Positions 1 through 10,151 of a DNA stretch of 46,905 bases are shown here, one piece after another. Source of the stretch: a virus; IMG/VR virus record IMGVR_UViG_2850695442_000001. One strand, 5' to 3'. How positions within the stretch are numbered: position 1 is the stretch's first letter; the number at the start of each line of letters is the position of its first letter. The position numbers were made by a program, and so were the translations under genes. The notes under the pieces are model-generated. The model made no database searches. It had not been told where the DNA came from and saw nothing but the letters and a program-made list of their open reading frames with translations.

Positions 1-1
1 A

Positions 2-706
2 GAGTCAGTATTGACATCAGATGTTAGAAAACAGCTTGGAAATACTGTGACTTATGATGGACATGGTTCATTTTACGTCAATAGCGATAAATCAACACTT
101 TCATCACCGACAGGACAGCCATTTTTAAAATCGGGTACCTTGAGTGCAAATGGACAACTTTCTGCATCTACGGCAATTTTGTCACACAGTATGAGCGCTA
201 AACGCGTAACAACTGAAATAAACTGGGAACCAGCGGGCTACAAACAATTGAAAATCAACGCCCCTGCTTATGGAAATTACTTATATAATAAAGGTCATTC
301 ACTAGGTGCAGCTCTCAGTTCTGGTTGGTCAGGAGAGAGTGTTTCATTTTCTATGCCAATTTATGCCACCCAAAAAGGACAATGGAACGCTTCGGAATAC
401 TATGCAGATAATGTCACGACACAAACAGCTTGGGCGAATCAAGCCATAGAGGGTCAATATGGCACATCTGGCTATGGGCAAAATTATTTTGAAGATATAG
501 TGCGTAAAGAACAAGTAAGTCATAAATCTGCGCTCATTTCTTATTCCGTCAAACCTATCTATGATGGAAAGAATGAAGTGCCATCAGGAACGCAAATACA
601 AGCGAAGTCTAGTGATAATATCGTCAATATTAATGTCTTTATTCCGAATGTTGAACCAGGTGTTATGATTGATTACAGCACAGGTAACGCAAAAATAGCA
701 AGTTAA
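2..706 (+). CDS. DNA/RNA non-specific (beta-beta-alpha-Me, streptodornase/EndA-like) endonuclease, 5' partial
   Basis: YNKGHSL (RGH-like) motif, N-x-T-x-Q-T-x-W-A-N, Q-x-x-F-E, and C-terminal Y-x-V-x-P-x-Y...N-V-F-I-P-N. The frame is open back to the window start. Confidence 0.8.
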   Translation, partial: ESVLTSDVRKQLGNTVTYDGHGSFYVNSDKSTLSSPTGQPFLKSGTLSANGQLSASTAILSHSMSAKRVTTEINWEPAGYKQLKINAPAYGNYLYNKGHSLGAALSSGWSGESVSFSMPIYATQKGQWNASEYYADNVTTQTAWANQAIEGQYGTSGYGQNYFEDIVRKEQVSHKSALISYSVKPIYDGKNEVPSGTQIQAKSSDNIVNINVFIPNVEPGVMIDYSTGNAKIAS

Positions 707-780
707 AGAGAATTATCCCAAGTATTTTTTCTTGGGATATAATTTTTTTAGAAAGTAGTGACTAACAGGAGGGAAGATAA

Positions 781-1400
781 ATGCTCGAAAAATACCGCCA
801 ACAATTCATTCAAGAATTCAATGCAGATTTAGATAAGAATTACTATCAGGTTAAGGCAAAAAAGATAAAAGAAGCGCAACGAAATGTGCGACTCTGTCAA
901 CTCCATGAAGAGGGATAGCCGCACAAGTTCGTCAACTAGAATTTGATGCAGAGAGAACGCAACATGAAAAGTATCTGATTGAGTATAACAAAAGCCTGAA
1001 AAAGAGTAATCGCCAGAGATATCTTAAAGCACTCCTTCAGATGGCAAAAGACTATTCAAAAAAAGACGCACTCATTGATTTTCTTTGGGAAAAAGATGCA
1101 GAAGATAAATTGAAGTACGAGTACGATGTAGAAACTTTAGCTCAGGCGATAAAGTGGTTCAAACAAAATGCTAGGAATGTACGAGGAGAGGAACTTTCTG
1201 AGGCAACAATTAAAACCTTAATTAAGGTGCAACTTTTTATCGGAGTTGAGAAAATGAGAAAACAGGATGTCTTATCTAGTCCCTTAAAGTTACACCATAA
1301 CCCAGCTTACTGCCAAATTGTAAAGGAATTACTTTTACAGGAACTAGAGAATTACGAAGCGTGTGACCGCCTAGATATGTTGCTGCCATTAAAAAAATAA
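781..1400 (+). pseudogene. Hypothetical protein split by a frameshift near 912-914
   Basis: GGAGG RBS and ATG at 781 (MLEKYRQQ...HEEG*, stop 916-918). The frame of the 1041..1400 ORF is open from 909, and one extra G joins the two. Confidence 0.6.
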
Positions 1401-1406
1401 AAGGTG

Positions 1407-1446
1407 AAGGACTTGTTTCAAGGCCTTTTTTACATTTTGAGATAAT
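1407..1446 (+). promoter_or_regulatory. Element-type promoter AAGGACTT-N23-TGAGATAAT (representative copy)
   Basis: Same 31-nt offset at 1407, 2906, 5798, 7956, 20599, 25212 and 44591. Confidence 0.7.
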
Positions 1447-1484
1447 GAAAGTATAAAAAATATGAAAGAATATGAGGCAATATT

Positions 1485-2123
1485 TTGGAAAACAAAGTCG
1501 AAGAGTACAAAGTTGAAGATGGTACAGAAGTTGAAAAGGAAGAATTTGAAAAATGGGGACTTGCAACATCAAGGGCACCTGAGTTACAAGAATTAAGAGA
1601 TGCCATAGATTTGGATAATCAGAAACCCAGTCCCTATGAAACCTTGTGTTTGGTAGAGGTTAAAAGAAATCCAATTATTCGTTTCTTTAATATTGCGATG
1701 AATGATAAGAATTACACGCCATCAAAGCGTTATAAATCATTTATTGAAACGGTGAGTCAAGTCCTTACATGTGGAGTAATAGCAACAGATAATAGCTTAA
1801 CAGATAATTGCTTGGAGTTTTTAATGCCAGAAGATAATGCAATGATGGCTCTTTATTTTCTTGCGGATTCTATTTTTCCCGTAGCGTTGTGGGAATTGAT
1901 TGATAAAAATGAAAAAGATGCTTTTGATGTCAATGGTCTTGCTCCCCTTGTTGAATTTTATAATTTGATTGCTCCTCTTGTTGCAATGGTGGCTGATGAC
2001 CTCATTCAGGAATATCGGCGTACAGAACGTAGAAACGAACGACTGGAACGTATCTTGAAAGACCATCAAGAAAAAGTAGTTGCTCTTGAAAAAGAAACAC
2101 TCAGTCAATTTTTACAGAAGTGA
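1485..2123 (+). CDS. Hypothetical protein with C-terminal coiled coil
   Basis: 212-aa ORF with TTG start, downstream of the element-type promoter at 1407-1446. Confidence 0.65.
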   Translation: MENKVEEYKVEDGTEVEKEEFEKWGLATSRAPELQELRDAIDLDNQKPSPYETLCLVEVKRNPIIRFFNIAMNDKNYTPSKRYKSFIETVSQVLTCGVIATDNSLTDNCLEFLMPEDNAMMALYFLADSIFPVALWELIDKNEKDAFDVNGLAPLVEFYNLIAPLVAMVADDLIQEYRRTERRNERLERILKDHQEKVVALEKETLSQFLQK

Positions 2124-2132
2124 GGAAGTATT

Positions 2133-2456
2133 ATGGACGAAAACAGGAAAAAAACGCTTGATGCAATCATTTATCACTTTGACCTGTTCTTAAAAGAACA
2201 AAATAAGCCAGACTCAGAAATGGTACATAAGTATTCAGACGGCTATTCTACTCTTGAAGTGCCTATCAGCTTGCTTGAAGTTGTGCGAGAGGAATTAAAA
2301 GAATATGCGGAAAGTTTCAAGGAAAACCAGAGAGAAAAAGAGCGTTATGCCACCACGAAATTGGTTACCTTTCTGACGTGGTTTCTTGCGCACGAAACAC
2401 CGAAAATAAGCACAGAAGAAATAGAAACATGGTTTGAAACACATCAAGGGGGTTAA
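2133..2456 (+). CDS. Hypothetical protein
   Basis: 107-aa ORF with GAGGA RBS and operonic spacing. Confidence 0.65.
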   Translation: MDENRKKTLDAIIYHFDLFLKEQNKPDSEMVHKYSDGYSTLEVPISLLEVVREELKEYAESFKENQREKERYATTKLVTFLTWFLAHETPKISTEEIETWFETHQGG

Positions 2457-2457
2457 T

Positions 2458-2906
2458 ATGATAACTTTAACAATTATTGTCCTCTACTCAATCCTCATTA
2501 TCTGGGCGATGGTTGCCGTCCTTCTTTATCAACGACAGTTGACAAAAGAAAAGGGCGAGACATTAGTGGCAGTAAAACTTAACATTGTTTTGCCTTTTCT
2601 GCTCTTGTTGGCTTTAGCTTATGGCACATTATTCTTGCAACCGTTGGTGTATTCTAATTCACATCATTTACCTACGACATTTAATGTCAAAGCTATTCTG
2701 AGACAGCTTGCCATGCTTATTCAATTGGTGGCGATTGTGTTCTATCCAATGTACGCTTGGGGGATATTTCCGCTAATATCCTGAATCGAGAAATTCGGGG
2801 TTCTCAAAAGGTAGAAGATGATTTACGCAGACAAATCAATGCGTTAAGAAATGTAGTTATTATGGCATTCATTTTGGGAACGCTCATTTTGATTTTGGTG
2901 AGATAA
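2458..2906 (+). pseudogene. Membrane protein frameshifted at G-run 2759-2763
   Basis: Three hydrophobic segments. An alternative frame continues (GDISANILN...AFILGTLILILVR*) to TAA at 2904-2906. Confidence 0.55.
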
Positions 2907-2982
2907 AGGACTTGTTTGAGTCCTTTTTTTGTACTGCGAGATAATAAATTATTACAAACATTAACCATTAGGAGGATACTAT

Positions 2983-3084
2983 ATGTTTCATTTAGGTTCA
3001 TATCTTCGCTTTGTTTTTACTTATGGCTTGGCATATCTTGTTATTTTCATTGGTCTTATGATTACTTGGCTCGTATTGACGTAA
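2983..3084 (+). CDS. 33-aa single-TM peptide MFHLGSYLRFVFTYGLAYLVIFIGLMITWLVLT
   Basis: Perfect AGGAGG RBS at 2970-2975. First ORF after the promoter at 2906-2945; ends 8 nt before the T4CP start. Not in the ORF track. Confidence 0.6.
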   Translation: MFHLGSYLRFVFTYGLAYLVIFIGLMITWLVLT

Positions 3085-3092
3085 GGGGGACT

Positions 3093-5756
3093 ATGAGAGA
3101 AAAATCATCCAATATCATACAAAAACGAAAAAAGTCGAAAATAAAAAAGCAAGTAAAGCTCGACTTGCCTGAGGCTATCCAACGTTTTTTTGAAAAGGCA
3201 TTAGTCAAACGTTTCGATTTTAAACAACTCATTATTTTCTTTGAAGTTTCTGAAAAGATTTTATGGGGCGTCACAGGTGCCACATCTTTAGTTACACTTT
3301 ATAGTGCTTTTTCGCCACTTGTCCATTTATCACCGTTGCTTATCATTGTCATCTGTATCACAACGATTTTTTTAGGGAGTTTGGCTTACAAATATTCAAT
3401 GGATTTAGCTTCTCGTGAGTCTGCATTGAAGCAAGACCCCAAGACAAAGATAAAAGTACAAGAAAAACGGATTAAAGCTTATCTCTATTTGATAGCTTCT
3501 AATTTTTATATCGCGGTCACTTTTTTTCTGACCGTGGAATTACAACCCCTTATCTATACACAGCTTGCTACGAATCAACTATTAAATGAGAGTCATGCAG
3601 GCTTTATGCCATCTGCCCTATCAAAAGCGCTTTGGTTTAATTATAACCATCTGCCCTATGCTTTGTTAATTATGCTGCCTGCACTTTTGCCAGCGAGTTT
3701 GATTGTTTATACGCAAACTTTTGAGTTGTTTATTAAGATGCGACCACTGTTTGACCAATGGGGACAATCACGTTACTTTAAGTCAAATACCTTTGACCCA
3801 GTGATTGAAAACCGGGGAGCTGAACATGTTCCCTATGTCAGAATTGGTCTTAATGTTGCTACACAATCTGACTTGTATCTTTCTCCAAGTTCTCGTGCGG
3901 TAGGCATACACATTGTAGGTCCTATGGGAACAGGTAAAACGGCGGCAATCATGCACCCCGTTTTGCGACAAGATGCTTATAAGGTCTTTATGTATTGGCA
4001 TGATTATGCCGAAGCACGACGGAAATTTTCAGATTTTAAATCTTTTGAAAAATACTGGTTTGTCGAGGAAAGAAACGGACAGTATATCAATGGCTGGAAA
4101 GTGATAGACCCTTCTAATAGCTTAGCTTCGGATATGTTTTCAGAGCTTCTAGCAATGGGCGTGCCACGTGAAGCGATTACTTATTTGAACCCACCTGACC
4201 CATTGACAGATGCCATGCAGGCGTATTCTGGAAAATTGGAAGCTTCTGTCACAACAAACGTCTCTACCTTGATGGAACTTGTGACGCGTGGCTCCACAAA
4301 CCCTCATCCTTTTTTCACGGCACAAGCTCAAACTTATCTTGAAAATGCCCTCTTTTTAGTCAAGTTTTCATCAGAAATTCCTAATCCGATTGATAAAGAA
4401 ATAGGCAATCCTTCTTATGATGAAATTTTTGAAGTTATCCTCTTAGGGACAGAAGATATTCGTTACCAACGAATGTTAGCCCTTGAAAAGTTTGTCGCTA
4501 TTCTGGAAAATCGCTACACCAAAGAAGCAGGAAAACCAAAAGTAACGCCACAGGAAGAAGCAGACTTTGAGGATTTAGAGAACCGTTATAAAATCGCAAA
4601 AACAACGTTGCGTAACTGGAAAAGTTGGCTAGAGGTTCAAGAAGATAAAAGTGGGAAAGTGACCATTATTGATAAAATGGATAATAATGTGGATGGACTC
4701 CGTGTCAATGTCGCACGTTTAGCACAAAAGACAGGGATTCGCCGTATTCTTACGCGAAAGACGACCTTTGATTTTGATGTCTTAATGAAGTTTGGAGGCT
4801 TTTTAATTGTCAATACCTCAACAGAAGAATTAGGAGTGGATGCCCCTATTGTCGGTAAGCTCGTCTCTATGAACTATCAAAATGCTGTCATGCGCCGAAT
4901 GAATAATATTGACCGCGGAGGACAGATAAAAGAAGATGCCAATCATAATGCTTGGTTTTCAAGTGCCGACGATGAAAAGCCCCCTTATTTGACAAGTAGT
5001 GAACCAGATTTCATGTCCAACTCGCGTAAATATAAAGCAATGGGGATATTTGGACATCAAACGAATGCACAGTTTGATTTGTATTTGGATAAAGCTGCGC
5101 GTGATACTTTGCTTACCGGCTTGCGAAATGAATTTGTTTATCAAGATTTGAATGAAGAAGATGCGAAACACTATTCAACGGCTTTCGGTAATAAATTAAC
5201 GATTGATGCACAATATTCTAAGCAAGTCTATGATGAAGATGGCAATGTGGACGGTGGACGTACAACCGCACGAGAAACGATTGTAGAAAAGCCCAATGCG
5301 AGTCCTGATGATTTGGTTACTTTACCCCAGTTTTATATGGCTGGACGTTACTTTAATGGCAAAGAAGAAGAACCCTTTGTTCTCCTTCGTGCGTATCCTT
5401 TCTTTGAAGAAAAACTGCAAAAACCAGCCTTTAATCGTGATGATTTTGATTTATGGTATGCGGACGTTCAAGAAGCTTTGGAAAATGCGAAGAGCAAAAA
5501 TGATGTGGATGCCTTTGCACCGGAAAGTGTTGAGATTATCCGACAAATCGAAGAACGTCAAAAAGCAGAGAGCTTGATGATAAGGAGTGGTAAAGATGAT
5601 TTCCGGAAAGAACTTGGACAGCAGATTAAGCCACAAGAACCTCTCGTCCATTCTTCTAAGGCAAAACAAAAGAGTTTAGAAGAAGCCATAAATTCTACAC
5701 TCGCTGTTCTTGATAAAGAGCCTTATGAGAGTAATGTAGATTCAGAAAAATATTAA
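3093..5756 (+). CDS. Type IV coupling protein (VirD4/TraG-like ATPase)
   Basis: N-terminal TM segments, Walker A GPMGTGKT, Walker B-like ADDE, and SRKYKAMGIFGHQTNAQ (RK-x-G...Q-x-x-x-Q) motif. Start reassigned to ATG 3093 after AAGGGGG. Confidence 0.85.
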   Translation: MREKSSNIIQKRKKSKIKKQVKLDLPEAIQRFFEKALVKRFDFKQLIIFFEVSEKILWGVTGATSLVTLYSAFSPLVHLSPLLIIVICITTIFLGSLAYKYSMDLASRESALKQDPKTKIKVQEKRIKAYLYLIASNFYIAVTFFLTVELQPLIYTQLATNQLLNESHAGFMPSALSKALWFNYNHLPYALLIMLPALLPASLIVYTQTFELFIKMRPLFDQWGQSRYFKSNTFDPVIENRGAEHVPYVRIGLNVATQSDLYLSPSSRAVGIHIVGPMGTGKTAAIMHPVLRQDAYKVFMYWHDYAEARRKFSDFKSFEKYWFVEERNGQYINGWKVIDPSNSLASDMFSELLAMGVPREAITYLNPPDPLTDAMQAYSGKLEASVTTNVSTLMELVTRGSTNPHPFFTAQAQTYLENALFLVKFSSEIPNPIDKEIGNPSYDEIFEVILLGTEDIRYQRMLALEKFVAILENRYTKEAGKPKVTPQEEADFEDLENRYKIAKTTLRNWKSWLEVQEDKSGKVTIIDKMDNNVDGLRVNVARLAQKTGIRRILTRKTTFDFDVLMKFGGFLIVNTSTEELGVDAPIVGKLVSMNYQNAVMRRMNNIDRGGQIKEDANHNAWFSSADDEKPPYLTSSEPDFMSNSRKYKAMGIFGHQTNAQFDLYLDKAARDTLLTGLRNEFVYQDLNEEDAKHYSTAFGNKLTIDAQYSKQVYDEDGNVDGGRTTARETIVEKPNASPDDLVTLPQFYMAGRYFNGKEEEPFVLLRAYPFFEEKLQKPAFNRDDFDLWYADVQEALENAKSKNDVDAFAPESVEIIRQIEERQKAESLMIRSGKDDFRKELGQQIKPQEPLVHSSKAKQKSLEEAINSTLAVLDKEPYESNVDSEKY

Positions 5757-5867
5757 AAGGCGCTACGTTGCGCTTTTTCTTATCTTTAAGAGTGAAAGAG
5801 GACTTCTTTTTCAGGGAAATTTTTAGAGTGAGATAATAAGGGAAAATAAAAAAGAAAGGAACTTTCA

Positions 5868-6797
5868 TTGTTACAACTAACAGAATTACAACTTGACTTT
5901 ATCAAGGTCTTGTACCCTTTCAATGAATTGACCTATGCACAATTTAATCAGCTTTGGAAAAATGTATCAGGTGTCAAAACTAAAATTTCTTCACAACTAC
6001 TCAAAAAGATTGAAGGACTTGGTTTAATGACCCGGAAGCTTGATGAGGGACAACAACGAAATGCCAAGTATATTATCAATCAAGAGGAAATTAAGAACTT
6101 GTTGGAAAACACGGCGCGTGATGTCTTACTTGATGTCCCTCCTGCTTTTTACCAAGATGCTCTCCCTGTCAAAGTCAAAGCAAGAACGCCAAACTTTCAT
6201 GATGAAGCGTTAAAAACGCTCTTGATTTCTACTATTTCTACAGAAACAGGCACACTCATTTTTCCAAGGATTAAAACTTTTGTGGAGCATATGATGATAC
6301 CTGATGCCATTATTGTAAAAGACGATAGGATGACTTACTTTGAATACGATAACCTTACGGAAGAAGCTGCTTCATTTTTAACCAAACTCCCTCGTTATCT
6401 TTATGAGAGTAAGAAAAATCCAGAGGTAAAAGTGAACCTTATCTGTGTCTTTACAGATGAAACAATCCAACTGAAAGGCTATAACAACAAAAGAGTGAGT
6501 CCTCCTTACTCTCGAATGCAGAGTCTCACAGAAAAGGCAGGACACATTAAAGCTTTAAATGGCTTACCATTTTTAGAAGAACTTGAGAAGCAAAAAAATC
6601 TGACGCTCTACTTTTTCACTTATAATGAAGTCCTCCAACGGTTAGGTCCACTATTAAATGGAGAAATCTTTCCTGACTTTGTTCAGCGAGAGTATCCAAA
6701 AGTTGAAGAAAAAAAGAAAAAAGTAAAAGTCCAACAACTTAAACAAGAAAAAACAAAAGAACCACAAGATAAACACGAAAAATATATCTTTGAATAA
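5868..6797 (+). CDS. Replication-relaxation family (Replic_Relax / MOB_C-like) protein, paralogue 1
   Basis: N-terminal wHTH-like region, FHD, IPDA...FEYD-x-x-TE...K-x-x-RY PD-(D/E)xK-type motifs. Directly downstream of the T4CP, as in MOB_C loci. Confidence 0.7.
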   Translation: MLQLTELQLDFIKVLYPFNELTYAQFNQLWKNVSGVKTKISSQLLKKIEGLGLMTRKLDEGQQRNAKYIINQEEIKNLLENTARDVLLDVPPAFYQDALPVKVKARTPNFHDEALKTLLISTISTETGTLIFPRIKTFVEHMMIPDAIIVKDDRMTYFEYDNLTEEAASFLTKLPRYLYESKKNPEVKVNLICVFTDETIQLKGYNNKRVSPPYSRMQSLTEKAGHIKALNGLPFLEELEKQKNLTLYFFTYNEVLQRLGPLLNGEIFPDFVQREYPKVEEKKKKVKVQQLKQEKTKEPQDKHEKYIFE

Positions 6798-6809
6798 AAA
6801 GGAGACACT

Positions 6810-7946
6810 ATGCCATTATTTAAGAAACTTCCAGATTTCTATTTGTTATCTGCTACACCAAAATTTCAAGGGCTTTATGCGACACTTGATGAAGAAGTAA
6901 AGAAAAACTTTGTATTTATCCCCTCTGTCGCAGAGTTAAGCACCGCTCTTTCAAAAATAAAGCGTAAGCAAACGGTTCAACTCTTTGTGGATTTAACAGA
7001 TGAGAATGCTGAAATGCTAGAAGCTTACAGAGGATTTCTGAACCAATTTTCTACCATCGTTGACCGGAGTGTCTTTTTGATTTCTGATATGAGCGCCAGT
7101 AAGAAAAAAGAATTTTTCAATCAAGCCATTCATTCGGATACCTTCGATTTGATTTATAATGCAGATTTAATCACTGATTCTAACTTTGAATCAACGATGA
7201 GCCGATTGCCTTATGAAGAATTGCCTACAGATGAGACCCTGGATACTTTTCTAAAATCTAATTTTCCATTGTGTACAGCACCTGAACCCATGGCGGTAGA
7301 AGAACCTGACATTACACCGCTTTTCTCACCCTCTGAGCAGGTCGAGGCTATCAATACAACTGTTACTACGAATCAAAACTTTACTCCACCGGTGTCAGCT
7401 CTTGAATCAACACCAGTAATGCCAACTGCGGAAGAACTTGTAGAACTGGTAGAGCTTCGAAAATATGCGGATGAAGCCGAAGACTACATTCAAAAAGTAG
7501 ACGAAGAAAATCAAGCCTTGGGACAGGAACTGGCAATCCTTAAAGAAAGACAAGTGATTCAGGAAGATGATAATGAACTTCTTTCCTTGAAACAAGAGAA
7601 CGCCACTCTTAAAAAACAACTGAGTGAGAATAGTGTCTTTACGCAAAATATGAAGGAAGTTGAAGCAGAGAATAGACAGCTCAAATATGACCTCAAGGCG
7701 ATGGAGAAACGGGCTCAGAAGGCTGAAAAGCTTGCGACGTTAGATTCTCCAGAAGCAACAGTGATTGAACTGGTTACAGCCATGAGAAGTCTCTCAAGTA
7801 AATTATCTAATTCCAGCAGACTCCTTGAAAATAAGGCAGGAAAAGAACTTAAAGAGATGCAAAATGAAGTGGAACGTTTGAAAGCTGAAAAAAATGCCAC
7901 GGAACAAATAAAAAACAATCTACGTGCTCTATTAGGAAGTGACTAA
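6810..7946 (+). CDS. Hypothetical protein: alpha/beta N-domain, Pro/Thr linker, long coiled coil
   Basis: 378-aa ORF with AAGGAG RBS and a heptad-rich C-terminal half. Confidence 0.7.
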   Translation: MPLFKKLPDFYLLSATPKFQGLYATLDEEVKKNFVFIPSVAELSTALSKIKRKQTVQLFVDLTDENAEMLEAYRGFLNQFSTIVDRSVFLISDMSASKKKEFFNQAIHSDTFDLIYNADLITDSNFESTMSRLPYEELPTDETLDTFLKSNFPLCTAPEPMAVEEPDITPLFSPSEQVEAINTTVTTNQNFTPPVSALESTPVMPTAEELVELVELRKYADEAEDYIQKVDEENQALGQELAILKERQVIQEDDNELLSLKQENATLKKQLSENSVFTQNMKEVEAENRQLKYDLKAMEKRAQKAEKLATLDSPEATVIELVTAMRSLSSKLSNSSRLLENKAGKELKEMQNEVERLKAEKNATEQIKNNLRALLGSD

Positions 7947-8026
7947 CCGATAAAGAAGGACTTTTGTCCTTCTTATTTTTTTCCGGTGAGATAATGTAAG
8001 GAGTAAAAGAAAGCGAGAAAATAATT

Positions 8027-8398
8027 ATGAGTAAAACAATTAAAGCTGTTGGTTTAAAGATGAACGTTAACCGGATTAAGGGATTGCCTGATGGCATCAA
8101 GAATGCTTATTTAAAACGAGTAGCTACTAATGGAGAGCTGATTTTTGTTGGCAATACTAATGATGCGGCAAAATGGGAAGAAAATAATGAAAATATCAAG
8201 AAGCTCGAAAGATTCGCCAAAGAGCATGAATTAGAATTCGCATGGTTTGAATTGGAGGAGCATTCAGCTTCCAAAATCACTAAGCAAAGTAACGGCTTGA
8301 CATTAGAGACGACAGCTACTGCCTTGTCTGAAAAAGAAGCAGAAAAGATGCTAGAGCAGGTTTCTGGAATAGAAATTACAGGGAGTCCCGTAAAATGA
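8027..8398 (+). CDS. Hypothetical protein
   Basis: 123 aa, downstream of the element-type promoter at 7956-7995. Confidence 0.65.
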   Translation: MSKTIKAVGLKMNVNRIKGLPDGIKNAYLKRVATNGELIFVGNTNDAAKWEENNENIKKLERFAKEHELEFAWFELEEHSASKITKQSNGLTLETTATALSEKEAEKMLEQVSGIEITGSPVK

Positions 8399-8649
8399 AA
8401 AAAATCATAAAAAACATATGGAAATATTTTTGCTCACTTTTTAGCTCAAAAGAAAAAACGAGAATAACAGTGACAACTGATTTTGGAACTGAAAAAATAG
8501 TAATTGATGCAAAAGGAGAATCTGTAGAGCAACTTATATCAAAAGGTGCTTCAATAACTTTTATAGATTTTGGTGCCAAAGAAACTGTAGAAAATGCGAA
8601 GAATAAAAATGAGGCGGATAACTTTGTATTGGAAAACAAGGAGGTTTAA
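8395..8649 (+). CDS. Hypothetical protein
   Basis: 84 aa, translationally coupled to the previous ORF. Confidence 0.5.
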   Translation: MKKIIKNIWKYFCSLFSSKEKTRITVTTDFGTEKIVIDAKGESVEQLISKGASITFIDFGAKETVENAKNKNEADNFVLENKEV

Positions 8650-8823
8650 ATGTATAAGAAAGATTTTACAGAATGGCAATTATCTAAAGGGTTTGATATG
8701 GAAAAATTGAGAAATTTATTTAATCAAAGCCTTCCAGAATTCATGGTTATCTTAATGATGATGGATATCTTGTTATTTACCAAATAGACGCTAATCATCA
8801 AAAATATAAAAGCAGTTAATTCA

Positions 8824-8843
8824 GCGCCCTTCGGGGCGTTTTT
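8824..8843 (+). terminator. Intrinsic terminator
   Basis: GCGCCC-TTCG-GGGCGT followed by a T-run. Confidence 0.75.
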
Positions 8844-8851
8844 CATATCTC

Positions 8852-9230
8852 TTGTAAATAAGATATAAAATGTTATACTAAAGTTAGTCTTATGAATACA
8901 TTTAAAGCCTTCCTACTATGTAGAGGCTTTTCTTATCGATGAAATCATGTTATACTACCAGTGAGGGAGCTTGGTGAAACTCCTCAGCTGTTTTTCTTCT
9001 AGCTGCTCTTAACGGGGCAGCTTTCCCATTTTTTGCAATTAAAAGTTTATATGTTATACTTAGTTTTGGGAGGACGCACCCTCCCATCCATATTCTTTGA
9101 TTCCGTCTTTTACGAGGCGGTTTCTTGTTGCCCTTGTAATTAAATTATATTGTGCTATACTTAGCACATGGGGAGGTCGCTTGTCTCCCCATCTGTTTTG
9201 CCGCCTTGTCATCTAGGGCGGTTTTTGTTT
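8852..9230 (+). ncRNA. sRNA cassette block A (4 promoter-hairpin-terminator units)
   Basis: TGnTATACT extended -10 boxes at 8871, 8948, 9052 and 9153; TTGYAA -35 boxes at 8852, 9033 and 9134. Each is followed by a terminator within ~45-65 nt. Units 2-4 have a 5' GGAG/CTCC hairpin. Confidence 0.7.
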
Positions 9231-9354
9231 CTCAATTTGACAGTCAGGATTATTAGTGTTACCATAAACTTGTAGGTTTTGTCACGAGTTAAATGTTTAG
9301 GAGTACACTTTTCGCACAATAGGATTTACAACTTTTGTGAAAGGAAGTATTAGT

Positions 9355-9552
9355 ATGAAACAAGGAACAGTATGGTTTAATATAACCAAAAGCTATGGCT
9401 TCATTATTACTGATGATGGGAAAGATGCTTTTGTATATTTTTCGGGGTTCAGGTTTGATAGTTCAAGAAGGCTTGATGAGGGACAAAAAGTTACATTTGA
9501 TATTGCGAATAGTTCTCAAGGACCATATGCTTCTAATATCATAAAAAGGTAA
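9355..9552 (+). CDS. Cold-shock protein, divergent copy
   Basis: RNP1 KSYGFI and altered RNP2 (VYFS); lacks the K of GTVKWFN. TTGACA(9237)-17-TACCAT promoter and long 5' UTR. Confidence 0.85.
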   Translation: MKQGTVWFNITKSYGFIITDDGKDAFVYFSGFRFDSSRRLDEGQKVTFDIANSSQGPYASNIIKR

Positions 9553-9631
9553 ACAAAGCTAGGTTCTCATCAATCTTATAGGTTTTATCGATAGTTGATA
9601 AAGCTACTTCCTTGTGGGGCATTTTTTGTTC

Positions 9632-10027
9632 TTGCAATTAGTTTTTAAAGTGTTACATTTAGTTTAGAGAGGTATGCTCTCTAACGTTTCTATTACCACC
9701 TTTCACGAGGTGGTTTCTTGTTGTCATGGTTATAAAATGTTATAATGAACCTGTAAGAGGCCCCTTTCTCTTAACCCTTTCCTAAGCCGCTCTACTTGAG
9801 CGGCTTTTTTGTTGTCCTTGCAATTAAGTTTTAAAGTGTTATACTTAGCAGGCAGGGAGTGTTTGACTCCTTGTCAATCCCGTCCTGTCCAATCACAACA
9901 GGGCGGTTTTTATTACCTTTGTAATTAATAGATATTATGTTATACTGAGACGGGGAAGATTAGTTGCTTCCCTTACAGTTTTTACATCCTTAATTAAATC
10001 GTTCTTACAACAGAACGATTTAATTAA
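9632..10027 (+). ncRNA. sRNA cassette block B (4 promoter-hairpin-terminator units)
   Basis: Extended -10 boxes at 9651, 9738, 9837 and 9938; TTGYAA at 9632, 9818 and 9919. 5' hairpins at 9664-9684, 9754-9773, 9851-9875 and 9952-9973. 3' hairpins at 9695-9719, 9784-9810, 9880-9911 and 9990-10027. Confidence 0.7.
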
Positions 10028-10151
10028 ATTTGACAATTTTAACTATTAGTGTTAGACTAACAAAGTAAATTTTGTCATGAGTTAAATGTATTTTTAGAAT
10101 CACTTTTCACAAAATAAGGTTTACAATTTTTGCTGAAAGGAAATAATTAAC

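Noticed and set aside
2916-3092. ORF-track N-terminal extension of the T4CP
   Set aside because: It overlaps a terminator/promoter and a better-supported 33-aa ORF; the RBS favours ATG 3093.
9087-9102. In-window mRNA targets of sRNA linkers (e.g. AAAGAATATG at 1465)
   Set aside because: 10-12-nt AT-rich matches are expected by chance.
8852-10027. CRISPR-like array, type I toxin-antitoxin cluster, or CiaR-dependent csRNAs
   Set aside because: No identical repeats, no hydrophobic toxin ORFs seen on either strand, and no properly spaced TTTAAG-N5-TTTAAG box. Each unit has its own promoter.
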